DNA of 64,000 nt from an uncultured delta proteobacterium (GCA_963765675.1 CAVXXK010000001.1:960001-1024000), one strand, 5' to 3'; positions 1 through 9,483 are shown, counted from the stretch's first letter. Made by a program: numbers and translations. The notes: generated from the sequence alone by a model not told the origin.

Positions 1-201
1 GCGTCCGCGATACTCCGCGAGTTCCAGCCCGAGCGCGTCGAGCTTGCGGCCGGGCCGGCTGAACTCGCGCGCGAGCAGCTCATAGTCCAGAAACGCGAGC
101 GTGCCGCCAAAGTCGAACAGCAGAGCCTTGAGCTTGGCGTCGCGAGCCGAACCCGCAGATGATTTGTTGGGATGAGCTTTGGTTTTTGATTTCGCCACCA
201 T
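1..201 (-). CDS. HAD-superfamily hydrolase, 5' part only (runs off the window)
   Basis: Manual translation from ATG at 201 gives MVAKSKTKAHPNKSSAGSARDAKLKALLFDFGGTLAFLDYELLARE; LLFDFGGTL resembles HAD motif I. Confidence 0.7.
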   Translation of the reverse strand, partial: MVAKSKTKAHPNKSSAGSARDAKLKALLFDFGGTLAFLDYELLAREFSRPGRKLDALGLELAEYRGR

Positions 202-396
202 AGCGCTCAAGCCTACCTTGTCCTGCACCTCGTAGTCATCCGTGCCGCACGCGCGCGGCGGCCACGCGGGCGGGAAATGACAACAATTAATGAGCCATGC
301 GCTCAATGGTTGGCAGAGTGGCGGCAAAAAGATAAGATTTTTCTGGGTTTTTGTCTTCACCGAGTTGGCGGAGAATCCTGGCGAGGCTTAGAGAGC

Positions 397-1014
397 GTGT
401 TCACTGGAATTATCGAAGACTTGGGTATCGTCGAGAGCCAGCGGCGCTCGCGCGAGGGTGCCGTGCTGACGATCAAGACCGTGTTGCCGACCGCGAAGAT
501 GAAGATCGGCGATTCGATCTCGATCAGCGGCGGATGCATGACGGTCGTCGCGAAGTCGCGCGGCAAATTCTCCGTCGATGTATCCGCGGAGTCCTTGCGC
601 CGCACGACGCTCGGCGCGCTCAAGCCCGGCGATCGCGTCAACCTCGAGCGATGCATGACGCTCGGCAAGCTGCTCGGCGGGCATCTGGTCGCGGGGCACG
701 TCGACGGTCTTGCGAGGATTGTCGCAATCAAGCCAGAGGGCGACTCGCGCCTTTATACCTTCGAGGCGCCCGCCGCCGACACGCGCTATCTGATCGAGAA
801 AGGATCGGTCACGATCGACGGGATCAGCCTGACCTGTTTTGGGATTCACGGGCGCCGATTCTCGGTCGAGGTGATTCCGCATACGCTAAAGGTCACGACG
901 CTCGGCTACAAAAAAGTTGGCGACGCGGTGAATTTTGAAAGTGACATGATGGCCAAGTACGTCGAGAAAATTCTTGCGGCGCGCGAGACTCCGATCGCCG
1001 CGGCGGGAGCGTGA
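397..1014 (+). CDS. ribE: Riboflavin synthase alpha chain
   Basis: GTG start gives the signature N-terminus MFTGIIE; VNLER, GGHLVAGHVDG and KGSVTIDGISLT are present. Confidence 0.95.
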   Translation: MFTGIIEDLGIVESQRRSREGAVLTIKTVLPTAKMKIGDSISISGGCMTVVAKSRGKFSVDVSAESLRRTTLGALKPGDRVNLERCMTLGKLLGGHLVAGHVDGLARIVAIKPEGDSRLYTFEAPAADTRYLIEKGSVTIDGISLTCFGIHGRRFSVEVIPHTLKVTTLGYKKVGDAVNFESDMMAKYVEKILAARETPIAAAGA

Positions 1015-1048
1015 CGGCGCTGAGACCGGCGCGCGCAGAGTTATCGCG

Positions 1049-1513
1049 ATGAGCCTGATGCAGATACCGCGGAAGATCGAGTACGCCCTGCGTGCGATGA
1101 TCTATATGGCGGATCGCCCGGGAGGGGTCGCGCGCGGCACCGAGATCGCCCGCCACGAGCAGATTCCAAAATACTATCTCGAAAAAGTAATCCGCGACCT
1201 GATGCGCCGGGGATTGGTGCATGCGCGGCGCGGTCCGGGCGGCGGCTACCAGCTCGCGCGCGGCGCCGACAGTATTTCGTTTCGCGATATTATCGAAGCG
1301 GTCGAAGGACCGATCACGCTCAACGTATGCACCGACGGCTCGAGCTCCTGCGCGCTGCAGCCGAGCTGCCGGATGTATAGGGTATGGGAACGCGGGCAGC
1401 GCGTGCTGCTCGAAGTTTTTTCCGACTCCTCGCTGGCCGAGATCGCGTCGTCGAAGTCGCCCTCCGACGTGCTCGCCGAAGCCGCGGCAGCCGCCGCCGC
1501 TGCCAAGAATTAG
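1049..1513 (+). CDS. Rrf2-family transcriptional regulator (IscR/NsrR-like, 3 Cys)
   Basis: EYALRAM, RRGPGGGYQLAR, IIEAVEGPI and a C-x6-C-x5-C cluster. Confidence 0.9.
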   Translation: MSLMQIPRKIEYALRAMIYMADRPGGVARGTEIARHEQIPKYYLEKVIRDLMRRGLVHARRGPGGGYQLARGADSISFRDIIEAVEGPITLNVCTDGSSSCALQPSCRMYRVWERGQRVLLEVFSDSSLAEIASSKSPSDVLAEAAAAAAAAKN

Positions 1514-1585
1514 TCCGCTGATGAGATCTGGATTGTTGCGATCTGGATCGCGCCTCGCCTCGGCGCTCTTGCCGGAAATCCAGCG

Positions 1586-2761
1586 GTGAGCGACGCCGCG
1601 ACGAATTCGCCGCCGGCGCTCGGGGCCTATACCCGCGCGCCAAGCTTTTCTGAGAAGAGCTTCTACCTCGAAGAGTTCTACGGAAAGAGCTTGCTGTTCG
1701 CGATGGTGCCGCCGGGCGGCGATCGGATTAGCGACTTCAATTCCCTCATCCGCACCCTGCGCGAGCTCCGCCGCAACCAGACCCGATGTATCGTGATCGT
1801 CTCTCCGACCGCACTGCCCAAGCTGCTCAAGCGGATGGGACGGATGGCGCCGCGCGGCCCGATCCCCGTCTTCGATCCGGCCCAAGGGCTGCGCTCGCGC
1901 CCGTATCCGCCCGATTCCGCGGTCGCGCAAATCTGGGAGGGGCTGCGCGCCGGCTCGATCGTGGTCGCCTCGACCAACGACGACGACTCCGCCGACCTCT
2001 CGGTGTTCGCGCAGGAGCTCGCGAGCCGCCTGCGCGTGTTCAAGCTGATCTTTCTCGACCGGCAGGACGGCCTTGACGATCGCAAGGGCAACCGCCTCTC
2101 GTTCGTCGAGATGAAGCGAATCCGCCGCACGCTCGCCGCCTCGGGCTCGCGGGTGCGCCGCGCGATCGTGCGCGCCGCCGATCGCGCGTTGAAAGACGGA
2201 GTCGGCTCGGTCAACCTGGTCGCGCCGCGCGGAGTATACGACGAGCTGTTCAGCTTTATCGGCTCGGGAACGCTCTTCACCGAGATGCAGTACGGGCAGG
2301 TGCGGCCGATCTCGATCGACGATTTCGAGGAAGTCGAGGCGCTGATCGTGCGCGGACAGGACGAGGGTTTTCTGCTCCATCGCACGCCCGAGCAGATCGC
2401 GCGGATCCTGCCGTCATGCTTCGGCTACCGGATCGGCGACGAGCATCTGGCCGGCATCTGCGCGCTGCTGACCGACCCGTACCGCCGCGAGCGGGCCGGC
2501 GAGATCACCGCGATGTACACGCTCACTCGCTTCCAGGGCGAAGGCGTTGCGGTCGAGCTGGTCAAGGAATGCGTCAAAGAGGCGCAGGCGCGGATGCTGC
2601 ACTACGTGTTCGCCTGCACCAGCGAGGATCGCGCGGCGCGATTTTTCGTGCGGCTCGGTTTTCGTCGAATCGGACCCGAGCAGGTTCCCGCGCCAAAATG
2701 GCGCGGCTACGACAAACCGCGCATCGAGCGGCTGAGTATTTTCCGCTATGAACTCGACTAG
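1586..2761 (+). CDS. argA: ArgA-like amino-acid N-acetyltransferase (kinase-like domain plus GNAT)
   Basis: ELFSFIGSGTLF resembles the NAGS arginine-binding motif; C-terminal GNAT has FQGEGVA and FFVRLGF. Confidence 0.65.
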   Translation: MSDAATNSPPALGAYTRAPSFSEKSFYLEEFYGKSLLFAMVPPGGDRISDFNSLIRTLRELRRNQTRCIVIVSPTALPKLLKRMGRMAPRGPIPVFDPAQGLRSRPYPPDSAVAQIWEGLRAGSIVVASTNDDDSADLSVFAQELASRLRVFKLIFLDRQDGLDDRKGNRLSFVEMKRIRRTLAASGSRVRRAIVRAADRALKDGVGSVNLVAPRGVYDELFSFIGSGTLFTEMQYGQVRPISIDDFEEVEALIVRGQDEGFLLHRTPEQIARILPSCFGYRIGDEHLAGICALLTDPYRRERAGEITAMYTLTRFQGEGVAVELVKECVKEAQARMLHYVFACTSEDRAARFFVRLGFRRIGPEQVPAPKWRGYDKPRIERLSIFRYELD

Positions 2762-2826
2762 CGCGAAGCTGGTTTATTCAGTGATGGCTTCGGCGTCGCT
2801 CATTCCAATCTACTACTTTCGCGAAT

Positions 2827-3010
2827 GGCGAGATTCCTCGCGATGCTTGCAGCAAGAGACGATCTGCACCACGTCAAAGTTGAGCGGAGGATTCGCGCTC
2901 GGAATGACAGATTTGCGCGAATCTTTTAGTGTCATTCCGAGCGCGTGCAGGCGATGCTTATCGCGTCGTGGCCGTCGCGTCGAATGGCAGTAATCGCGAG
3001 GAATCTCGCC
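2827..3010. repeat. Nested inverted repeat (REP-like palindromic element)
   Basis: Perfect 18-bp IR GGCGAGATTCCTCGCGAT (2827-2844 / 2993-3010) and inner 16-bp IR CGCGCTCGGAATGACA (2894-2909 / 2930-2945). Confidence 0.85.
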
Positions 3011-3104
3011 CTCGGCACTTGCACAATTCCGCAGATATTCACCTCTCCCTAAACTCTACTGCCTCGGACAAAGGAGAGAATTAATCGCGGCGCTTAGAAT
3101 AAAA

Positions 3105-4829
3105 ATGAAATCGCTACCGCTCCCGACCGTCGCTACACTTCTTGCGATCGTGATCGCGACTGTCGTGCTGGTGACTAATCGGCTTGGCGCGAGCGATATC
3201 TGCAGCGGCAATGAGGCGGTCGAGGCGGTCTTCGTCCAGCAGATGGTCGAGCACGATCATCTGCTGTTCCCGCTGGAGAACGGCTCGCAACCGATGTACA
3301 AGCCTCCCCTGTTTCACTGGACCGCGTTCGCGCTCGACCGGCTGACCGGGCGCGAACGGGTGACGGCGGTGAATCTGCGCGCGACAGCAGCGCTCTACGC
3401 GATCGCTGGCGTGATCATGACGATCGCGTTTGCGCTGTGGCTCCTGGGCGCAGACGGCGCTGTATTGGCGGGACTCGCGCTCGCGGCCTCGTATCAATAC
3501 ATCAGCCAAGGCCGCTTCGGACGCGTCGATATGACGCTGTGCTTTTTCGAGGCCGCCGCGCTGTTCACCTTCGCACGATGGCTTCCGCCCGCGCGCGACG
3601 CGACGATCGATACTCCGGCGAATCGGACGCTGCTGTACGTGCTCGCGATCGTGATGGGGCTGGGCGTGCTGTCCAAGGGTCCCGTTGGCGCGTTGCTCCC
3701 GGGCGCGGCGATGGTCGTGTTCCTGGTTACCGAGCGGCGATGGCGGCAGGCGCTCGCGATGCTCGAACCGGGACCGCTGATCGTCGGCGCGGCGATCGCG
3801 TCGAGCTGGTACGTAGCGTGTTACTTTGGCGGACGTTTCGGATTCCTCCATCGCCAGCTCGGCAGCGAAAACGTCGGGCGGTTTTTCGGGTCGCTGGGCG
3901 CGATGGCGCCGTGGTACTACGTCAAGCCTCTGTTTCTGAACTCGGCGCCGCTGAGCCTGCTCGTGCCGGTCGCGGTCGTCGCGGCATTGTGGCGACGCAG
4001 CGAGAGTGAACATCCGGAAGAAACAGGATCCGATCTGCGGGTGCGCGCGACGGTGCATCTGTTCGCGATCTTCTGGATCGTAACGGTCGTATTCTTCACG
4101 CTCGCGGCGTACAAGCGACGCTCGTACTTGCTCCCGCTATGGCCGCCTGCGGCGGTGATGCTCGCGTGGCTGATCCTTTCGATCCGCGATAGCCTGTGGG
4201 CGCGTACAGCGAAGCGGGTATTCGTTGCGATATGCGCGGTCCTGATCCTCTTTAACCTTATCTATATTCCGCACAAGGAAATTCGCGATTGCGCTAACAC
4301 CACCTATCGCCCGGCGGCGCAGGAGATCACGCGCGCGGTCGGTCCCAGAGATCCCCTATACACATTCGGCTTCGACGAGGAGCTGGCGCCCCTCCTCTTC
4401 TATCTCGATCGCAACGCGCCGTCGTTCAAGGGACGCCTCGGCGACGCTCCTCCCGGCTACGTGATCGTTCCCGAGCGAGTGTGGAAAGCCCGGCAGGGGG
4501 AGGCGCTCGATCTTACTCCGGTCTTGACCAGCAGGCACGGCACGCGCCGATTGATCCTCCTGCGCCGCGGTAAAACCTACGCGAGCAAACATTCGCCTCC
4601 CAGAGCATCGTCAGTGAAATATTATGATCGGTCCCTCTTTGATCTATTTGATTTTCGCGGGAATGCGCGCAAAGTTGATGACGGCGAGCGGCTGGCACAT
4701 GCGGTTCGGGGCGCAGGCAAAACGGCTGCGCTACTGAAGAGCCCTTGGAGGCTCTCGCCAATTTCGGCCAATGTAAGCGTTTTTGCACGGATGAGCTTTC
4801 GAGCAGGTGGGGATGAGCAAGACAATTGA
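3105..4829 (+). CDS. ArnT/PMT-like (GT-C) membrane glycosyltransferase; the ORF tail after ~4590 reads into foreign DNA
   Basis: KPPLFHW, GRVDM, LSKGPVG, PWYY and KRRSYLLP motifs with many TM helices. Confidence 0.85.
   Translation: MKSLPLPTVATLLAIVIATVVLVTNRLGASDICSGNEAVEAVFVQQMVEHDHLLFPLENGSQPMYKPPLFHWTAFALDRLTGRERVTAVNLRATAALYAIAGVIMTIAFALWLLGADGAVLAGLALAASYQYISQGRFGRVDMTLCFFEAAALFTFARWLPPARDATIDTPANRTLLYVLAIVMGLGVLSKGPVGALLPGAAMVVFLVTERRWRQALAMLEPGPLIVGAAIASSWYVACYFGGRFGFLHRQLGSENVGRFFGSLGAMAPWYYVKPLFLNSAPLSLLVPVAVVAALWRRSESEHPEETGSDLRVRATVHLFAIFWIVTVVFFTLAAYKRRSYLLPLWPPAAVMLAWLILSIRDSLWARTAKRVFVAICAVLILFNLIYIPHKEIRDCANTTYRPAAQEITRAVGPRDPLYTFGFDEELAPLLFYLDRNAPSFKGRLGDAPPGYVIVPERVWKARQGEALDLTPVLTSRHGTRRLILLRRGKTYASKHSPPRASSVKYYDRSLFDLFDFRGNARKVDDGERLAHAVRGAGKTAALLKSPWRLSPISANVSVFARMSFRAGGDEQDN
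4610..4738 (+). pseudogene. Remnant C-terminus of an IS1595-family (ISXO2-like) transposase
   Basis: Translates as SVKYYDRSLFDLFDFRGNARKVDDGERLAHAVRGAGK, then RLRY* after a 1-nt shift; this resembles the IS1595 tail ...EFDFRYN.R...DGER....GKRLTY. Confidence 0.6.
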
Positions 4830-7701
4830 CCAAGGCAAAAAAGAAGTTGCGGCACTCTGCCGATACTTCGCTACTAACCGCCAGGCATTCCTAGCCTCTG
4901 GAATCAAAGAAGCCCACATCCGTCAAACATTAATCGATCCTTTCTTTGAGGCCCTCGGCTGGGATGTCCGCAACCAAGGCATGGCTGCGCCTCAATATCG
5001 GGAAGTCATTCCCGAAGATAGCCTAGACATCGAAGGACAACAGAAAGCCCCGGATTACACTTTCCGCGTTGGCACTCTTCCAAAGTTCTACGTCGAAGCC
5101 AAAAGATGCGGCGCAGACATTAGCGTTGATCCCGCCCCTGCATTCCAGATTCGCCGGTATGGGTGGAGCGCCAAACTCGCGTTGTCCATTCTCACCGACT
5201 TCGAGGAACTAGCCGTTTACGACTGCACTGTCCGCCCTCGTCCGAACGATAAGGCGACGCACGCCAGAATCCAGCATTTCCGCTACAACGAATACACCGA
5301 CCGCTGGCGTGAGTTATGGGATTTATTTTCCCGTGAAGCCGTTTGGTCTGGGGCCTTTGATCAATACGCTGCGTCCAAGCGAAAGCGTGGCACCTCCGAA
5401 GTCGACGCAGAGTTTTTGAGGGAGATGGAGAGCTGGCGGCGCGCGCTGGCCGTGAACATCGCCCTTAGGAACAAAAACCTATCTTTGGACGACCTGAACG
5501 CCGCTGTGCAATTGACGATTGACCGCGTGGTGTTTCTTCGCATGGCGGAAGACCGGGGGCTGGAGCCTTACGAGCAGCTTCTGAAGTTATGCGAGCGGCC
5601 GGATATTTACCCGCGCTTCATTCGCGACGTATGCCGCAGGGCTGATCAGAAGTACAACTCCGGGCTGTTTCACTTCCGGAAAGAACAAGCGGTATCCGAA
5701 GACCCCGACCGGATCACGCCGCAGCTGGCGGTGGACGACAAGATTTTCAAACCGATTATCGAAAGCCTGTATTTCGCCTACGGCTCGCCCTATCACTTCG
5801 GCGTCTTACCCGTCGAAATCCTTGGGACCGTCTATGAACGATTCTTGGGCAGGGTGATCCGGTTAACGGCAGGCCACCAAGCCAGAATTGAGGAGAAGCC
5901 CGAAGTACGCAAGGCGGGCGGCGTTTACTACACGCCAGCTTACATTGTCGAGTACATCGTCAAACACACCATTGGCCCTCTGATTCAAGGGCGAAGTCCT
6001 GCGCAGCTGGCTAACGGCAAGGACGGAGTGCCTTTCCGAATCCTCGATATGGCCTGCGGAAGTGGATCGTTTCTGTTAGGTGCATACCAGATCCTTCTGG
6101 ACTCCTGCTTGAATTGGTACATCGAACACAAGCCGGACAACTTCAAGAGAGCCGTTTACAAGGACCCCCGTAACGGTCAATGGAGACTCAAGATCGAGGA
6201 AAAGAAACGAATTCTCACCACGCATATCTTTGGTGTGGATATTGATCCTCAGGCCGTGGAAGTCTCCAAGCTCTCGCTGCTGCTGAAGGTGCTGGAAGGT
6301 GAGACCGACCAAAGCTTTTCGCTGAGCCAGCTTGCCTTCGGTGACCGCGCCCTCCCCAACCTAGCCGGCAATATCAAGTGCGGAAATTCACTGATCGGCC
6401 AAGATTATTTCGCCGGTAAGCTTTTTGCCGATCCCGAGGAAATCAAACGTGTTAACCCGTTCGACTGGAAGCAAGGCTTCCCCGCCGCTATGAGAGCCGG
6501 GGGCTTTGACGCCGTCATCGGGAATCCACCGTATTCCTACCGGAACGCGACGGAGGATCTACTTCGCGACTACTATATGTCACGTTTTCTGTCGACCGAA
6601 GGGAATTTCGACCTCTATAAGTTCTTTCTCGAAAGGAGCACTGAACTCACACGAGAGCGAGGCGTTGTGGGCTTCATTGTCTCTGCAACTTTCCTGGTTC
6701 AGCCGACTTTCTCGAAGCTTCGAAAACTGCTCCTTGATCGAACGGCTCTTGTTGAACTGGCCCCGCTCGGGCCGAGAGTGTTTACAGGAGCTACTGTTGA
6801 TACTTCAGTGATTATCGCGAGAAAGCTGAAACCAAAAAGGGGGCACCTAGTCTATATCCGCACACCATCCAACCCCCTAGAAATTGGTGTGGCAGCACCC
6901 TACCACGTACGCCAGTCGCGATTCCGCGACAATGCCAAGTTCAGCTTTGACTACAAACTCTCTGAAGAGACTGCGGCGATCGTCTCCGCACTCTTCGTCA
7001 GGCTCCCACCGATTGAAAGCGGTTTCGAGTTCAGCGTCGGAATCAATACCGGATTTATCCGTGATGAGTTGACGGCACCTATCCGAAAGAATCAGTTCTA
7101 TCACCCGATGGTCCCGGGCAGCGGCATAGCTAGATATGGTTCCGTGAGCACCGACGGGTGGATCATGTACAATCCTGAGTATGTACGCGGTAGAGGGAAA
7201 TTCGGTCGAACGCTTCCCCCGGAGAGGTTTTTCGAGCAAGAAAAAATTCTTGTTGTTCGAACTCGAAATCTCTCATTACGCCGGCGAATTATTGCCACCA
7301 TAGACCGTTCGAGTTCTTATAATCTTAATAGACTTTCTAACATCATCGCACGATCGAAATATAGTCTTTTGGGGCTATTGGGAATCCTTAACTCAACTCT
7401 CTTCAATTGGTTGTTCAGCACTCGTTATTTTGATTACGAGATCAAGCCCGCATACCTGCGCGTTTGCCCGTTAGCCGACTGCAATGAGAACAGACTTGTT
7501 CGAAACGTCGAACGGATGCTGACTCTACACCAACACCTTGCTGCTGGAAAATCGGACGCGCAGAGGGCCGTCATTCAGCGTCAGATTGACGCGACGGATA
7601 CGGAGATTGATCGGCTGGTGTACGATCTATACGGCCTTACGGACGAAGAGATCGCAACCGTGGAAGAAGCGAGCGCGAACCTGGTCAGCGTCCAAGAATG
7701 A
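4813..7701 (+). CDS. Type IIG/IIL fused restriction endonuclease-N6-adenine methyltransferase (Eco57I/TaqI-like)
   Basis: PD-(D/E)xK nuclease (PDYTFR...FYVEAK), GVYYTP, SAM motif DMACGSGSFL, catalytic NPPY and C-terminal IDRLVYDLYGLT. An alternative GTG start is at 4807. Confidence 0.92.
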   Translation: MSKTIDQGKKEVAALCRYFATNRQAFLASGIKEAHIRQTLIDPFFEALGWDVRNQGMAAPQYREVIPEDSLDIEGQQKAPDYTFRVGTLPKFYVEAKRCGADISVDPAPAFQIRRYGWSAKLALSILTDFEELAVYDCTVRPRPNDKATHARIQHFRYNEYTDRWRELWDLFSREAVWSGAFDQYAASKRKRGTSEVDAEFLREMESWRRALAVNIALRNKNLSLDDLNAAVQLTIDRVVFLRMAEDRGLEPYEQLLKLCERPDIYPRFIRDVCRRADQKYNSGLFHFRKEQAVSEDPDRITPQLAVDDKIFKPIIESLYFAYGSPYHFGVLPVEILGTVYERFLGRVIRLTAGHQARIEEKPEVRKAGGVYYTPAYIVEYIVKHTIGPLIQGRSPAQLANGKDGVPFRILDMACGSGSFLLGAYQILLDSCLNWYIEHKPDNFKRAVYKDPRNGQWRLKIEEKKRILTTHIFGVDIDPQAVEVSKLSLLLKVLEGETDQSFSLSQLAFGDRALPNLAGNIKCGNSLIGQDYFAGKLFADPEEIKRVNPFDWKQGFPAAMRAGGFDAVIGNPPYSYRNATEDLLRDYYMSRFLSTEGNFDLYKFFLERSTELTRERGVVGFIVSATFLVQPTFSKLRKLLLDRTALVELAPLGPRVFTGATVDTSVIIARKLKPKRGHLVYIRTPSNPLEIGVAAPYHVRQSRFRDNAKFSFDYKLSEETAAIVSALFVRLPPIESGFEFSVGINTGFIRDELTAPIRKNQFYHPMVPGSGIARYGSVSTDGWIMYNPEYVRGRGKFGRTLPPERFFEQEKILVVRTRNLSLRRRIIATIDRSSSYNLNRLSNIIARSKYSLLGLLGILNSTLFNWLFSTRYFDYEIKPAYLRVCPLADCNENRLVRNVERMLTLHQHLAAGKSDAQRAVIQRQIDATDTEIDRLVYDLYGLTDEEIATVEEASANLVSVQE

Positions 7702-7710
7702 CGAGAAAAC

Positions 7711-7727
7711 GTTGAATATAGATTCCC
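7711..7727 (+). mobile_element. Putative right terminal inverted repeat of an IS1595-family element
   Basis: GTTGAATATAGATTCCC directly after the RM stop resembles recalled IS1595-type ends (...TATATAATTCCC). Confidence 0.4.
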
Positions 7728-7740
7728 GAAGCAATTGCTA

Positions 7741-8916
7741 TTAGCCGTTCTGCGCGGCAGGTTTCGGTGCGACGGGTGCGTCCGCGGTCTTGGCGGTTTT
7801 TGCTTTCTGCCGAAGTTGCGCGAGCATCTGGCGGAGCTTCTGTGGATTGACCGGCTTCTTGAACAGCGCGCCCTCGAGGCCCTTTAGCCGCGCGCGCTTC
7901 ATGATGTGGTCCTTGTCGTAGTAGTACGCGGTCATCAGGATCACGGGCAGCTCGGGCATCTCGCCTTTGACCGTCATGTAGAAATCGTAGCCGTCCATTT
8001 CCGGCATCACCACGTCGGATATGACCGCATCGACTTTGACGTTGCGCAGGATTCCCAGCGCGGCCGAGGGCCGCGTCGCGCAATGCACCACGCATTTCTC
8101 GGCGCGCAGGACCTCGCCGAGTGAGTTTACCACCGCTAGATCGTCGTCGAGCACGACTACCGACATTCCCGCAAGCGGCAAATCTTCGGTCGGCTGCGGT
8201 ATCGAGCCCTGCGCGGGCGCGGTTTCGTGCGGCTGATTTTTTTCACGTGAATTCTCTCGCGGGGCGAGATCGGCCATCCGCTTGCCCGCCAGGTAGTCAC
8301 GCGTTTCGTACACGCCCTTGCGCGCCATCTCGTCGAGGCGGCGCACGATCGCCTGCACACGCTCGATACTGCCGCGAATCGAATCGACGCGTTCGTTCTC
8401 GACCACTTTCTCAGACTCGTTCAAATGCGAATCCATCGCGCGAGTCACGAGATCGAGGTTGTTCAGAATCGATTCGAGCGGATTGTTGATTTCGTGCGCG
8501 AGGCTGACCGCGATTTCGCCGGCGGTCGCAAGCTGCTGATTGAGACGCATCCTGCGGATATCGCGCGCAAATCCGATCGAGCCGATTTCATTGCCCTGGT
8601 CGTCGTGGATCAGGCCGCCCGAGATCATAACCGGGATGATCTGGCCCGCCTTGTTGCGGAAGGCGGTTTCGAAGCTCGCGATCCGGTTTCCATTTGGAGA
8701 CGCGCGCATCGCGCGCATCACGCGGCGCGCCTCTTCCAGCGAGGGGTAGATGCTGTCAGTGCAGGGCTTGCCGATTACTTCCTCGGGGGCGTAGCCCAGG
8801 CTCTGGCGGGCGCCGTCGTTGTAATAGGTAATCACGCCTTCGCGATCGACCGCGATAATCATATCGGGCGAACTCTCGACGAGGCGCTGCAGATACTTGG
8901 TATCGAGGGGTAACAT
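7741..8916 (-). CDS. PAS-HisKA-receiver hybrid signalling protein lacking an HATPase domain
   Basis: PAS (LVESSPDMIIAVD...GFARDI), H-box LAHEINNPL and REC (VLDDD, SDVVMPEMDG, KP); no N/G1/F/G2 boxes. Confidence 0.85.
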   Translation of the reverse strand: MLPLDTKYLQRLVESSPDMIIAVDREGVITYYNDGARQSLGYAPEEVIGKPCTDSIYPSLEEARRVMRAMRASPNGNRIASFETAFRNKAGQIIPVMISGGLIHDDQGNEIGSIGFARDIRRMRLNQQLATAGEIAVSLAHEINNPLESILNNLDLVTRAMDSHLNESEKVVENERVDSIRGSIERVQAIVRRLDEMARKGVYETRDYLAGKRMADLAPRENSREKNQPHETAPAQGSIPQPTEDLPLAGMSVVVLDDDLAVVNSLGEVLRAEKCVVHCATRPSAALGILRNVKVDAVISDVVMPEMDGYDFYMTVKGEMPELPVILMTAYYYDKDHIMKRARLKGLEGALFKKPVNPQKLRQMLAQLRQKAKTAKTADAPVAPKPAAQNG

Positions 8917-8991
8917 TGTTTTCTGGCTACTAAATGAGATTATAGTTTGGAATTATAGATTGTTGGCGCCGCGGCTTCGCGTTGGCCTGGC

Positions 8992-9432
8992 TCAGGATCG
9001 CGCGCGCGGGCGGAATTTCGGGATCATCACCTCTTCGCTGACGCGCTCGAAGGTCACTTCCACCGGCATCCCGATCTTGATGTCGTGAGGCTTGATTCCT
9101 ACCAGGTTGGAGATGAACTTCGGTCCTTCTTCAAGTTTAACCACGATTACCGCGTACGGAACTTCAGTGGCAAAGGCCGGATGATAGACCTGATGCATGA
9201 TGTTGAAGCTGAAGATCTCGCCGCGTCCGCTGACCGGCACCCACTTCGCCCCTGCAGCCAGGCAGGAGGCGCAGATGTCATGGGCGGGAAAGCGAAGAGT
9301 ACCGCAATGGTCGCATCGCTCGACCATCAATTGTCCGCGGCGCGCGCCCTCGAAAAATCCGGCCATATCCGGAGTGACTGCGGGGATTGGTTTTGCCGGT
9401 GATGCCATCAGAATTGAATTTTGATTACTCAA
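8992..9432 (-). CDS. DUF35 Zn-ribbon/OB-fold protein (ChsH2-like)
   Basis: CDHC...CASC, SGRGEIFSF, PYAVIVVKLEEG and IGMPVEV. The start may be at 9408. Confidence 0.9.
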   Translation of the reverse strand: MSNQNSILMASPAKPIPAVTPDMAGFFEGARRGQLMVERCDHCGTLRFPAHDICASCLAAGAKWVPVSGRGEIFSFNIMHQVYHPAFATEVPYAVIVVKLEEGPKFISNLVGIKPHDIKIGMPVEVTFERVSEEVMIPKFRPRARS

Positions 9433-9483
9433 ATGAAATCAGCTTCGTCGCTGGATGCAGCGCGAGAACGCCGATTGCTCAAT

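Noticed and set aside
202-396. FMN riboswitch upstream of ribE
   Set aside because: No RFN consensus blocks are visible; it looks like an ordinary divergent promoter region.
893-2380. 495-aa minus-strand ORF, and the many similar long antisense ORFs
   Set aside because: These are shadow frames of real genes in GC-rich DNA, with no recognisable motifs.
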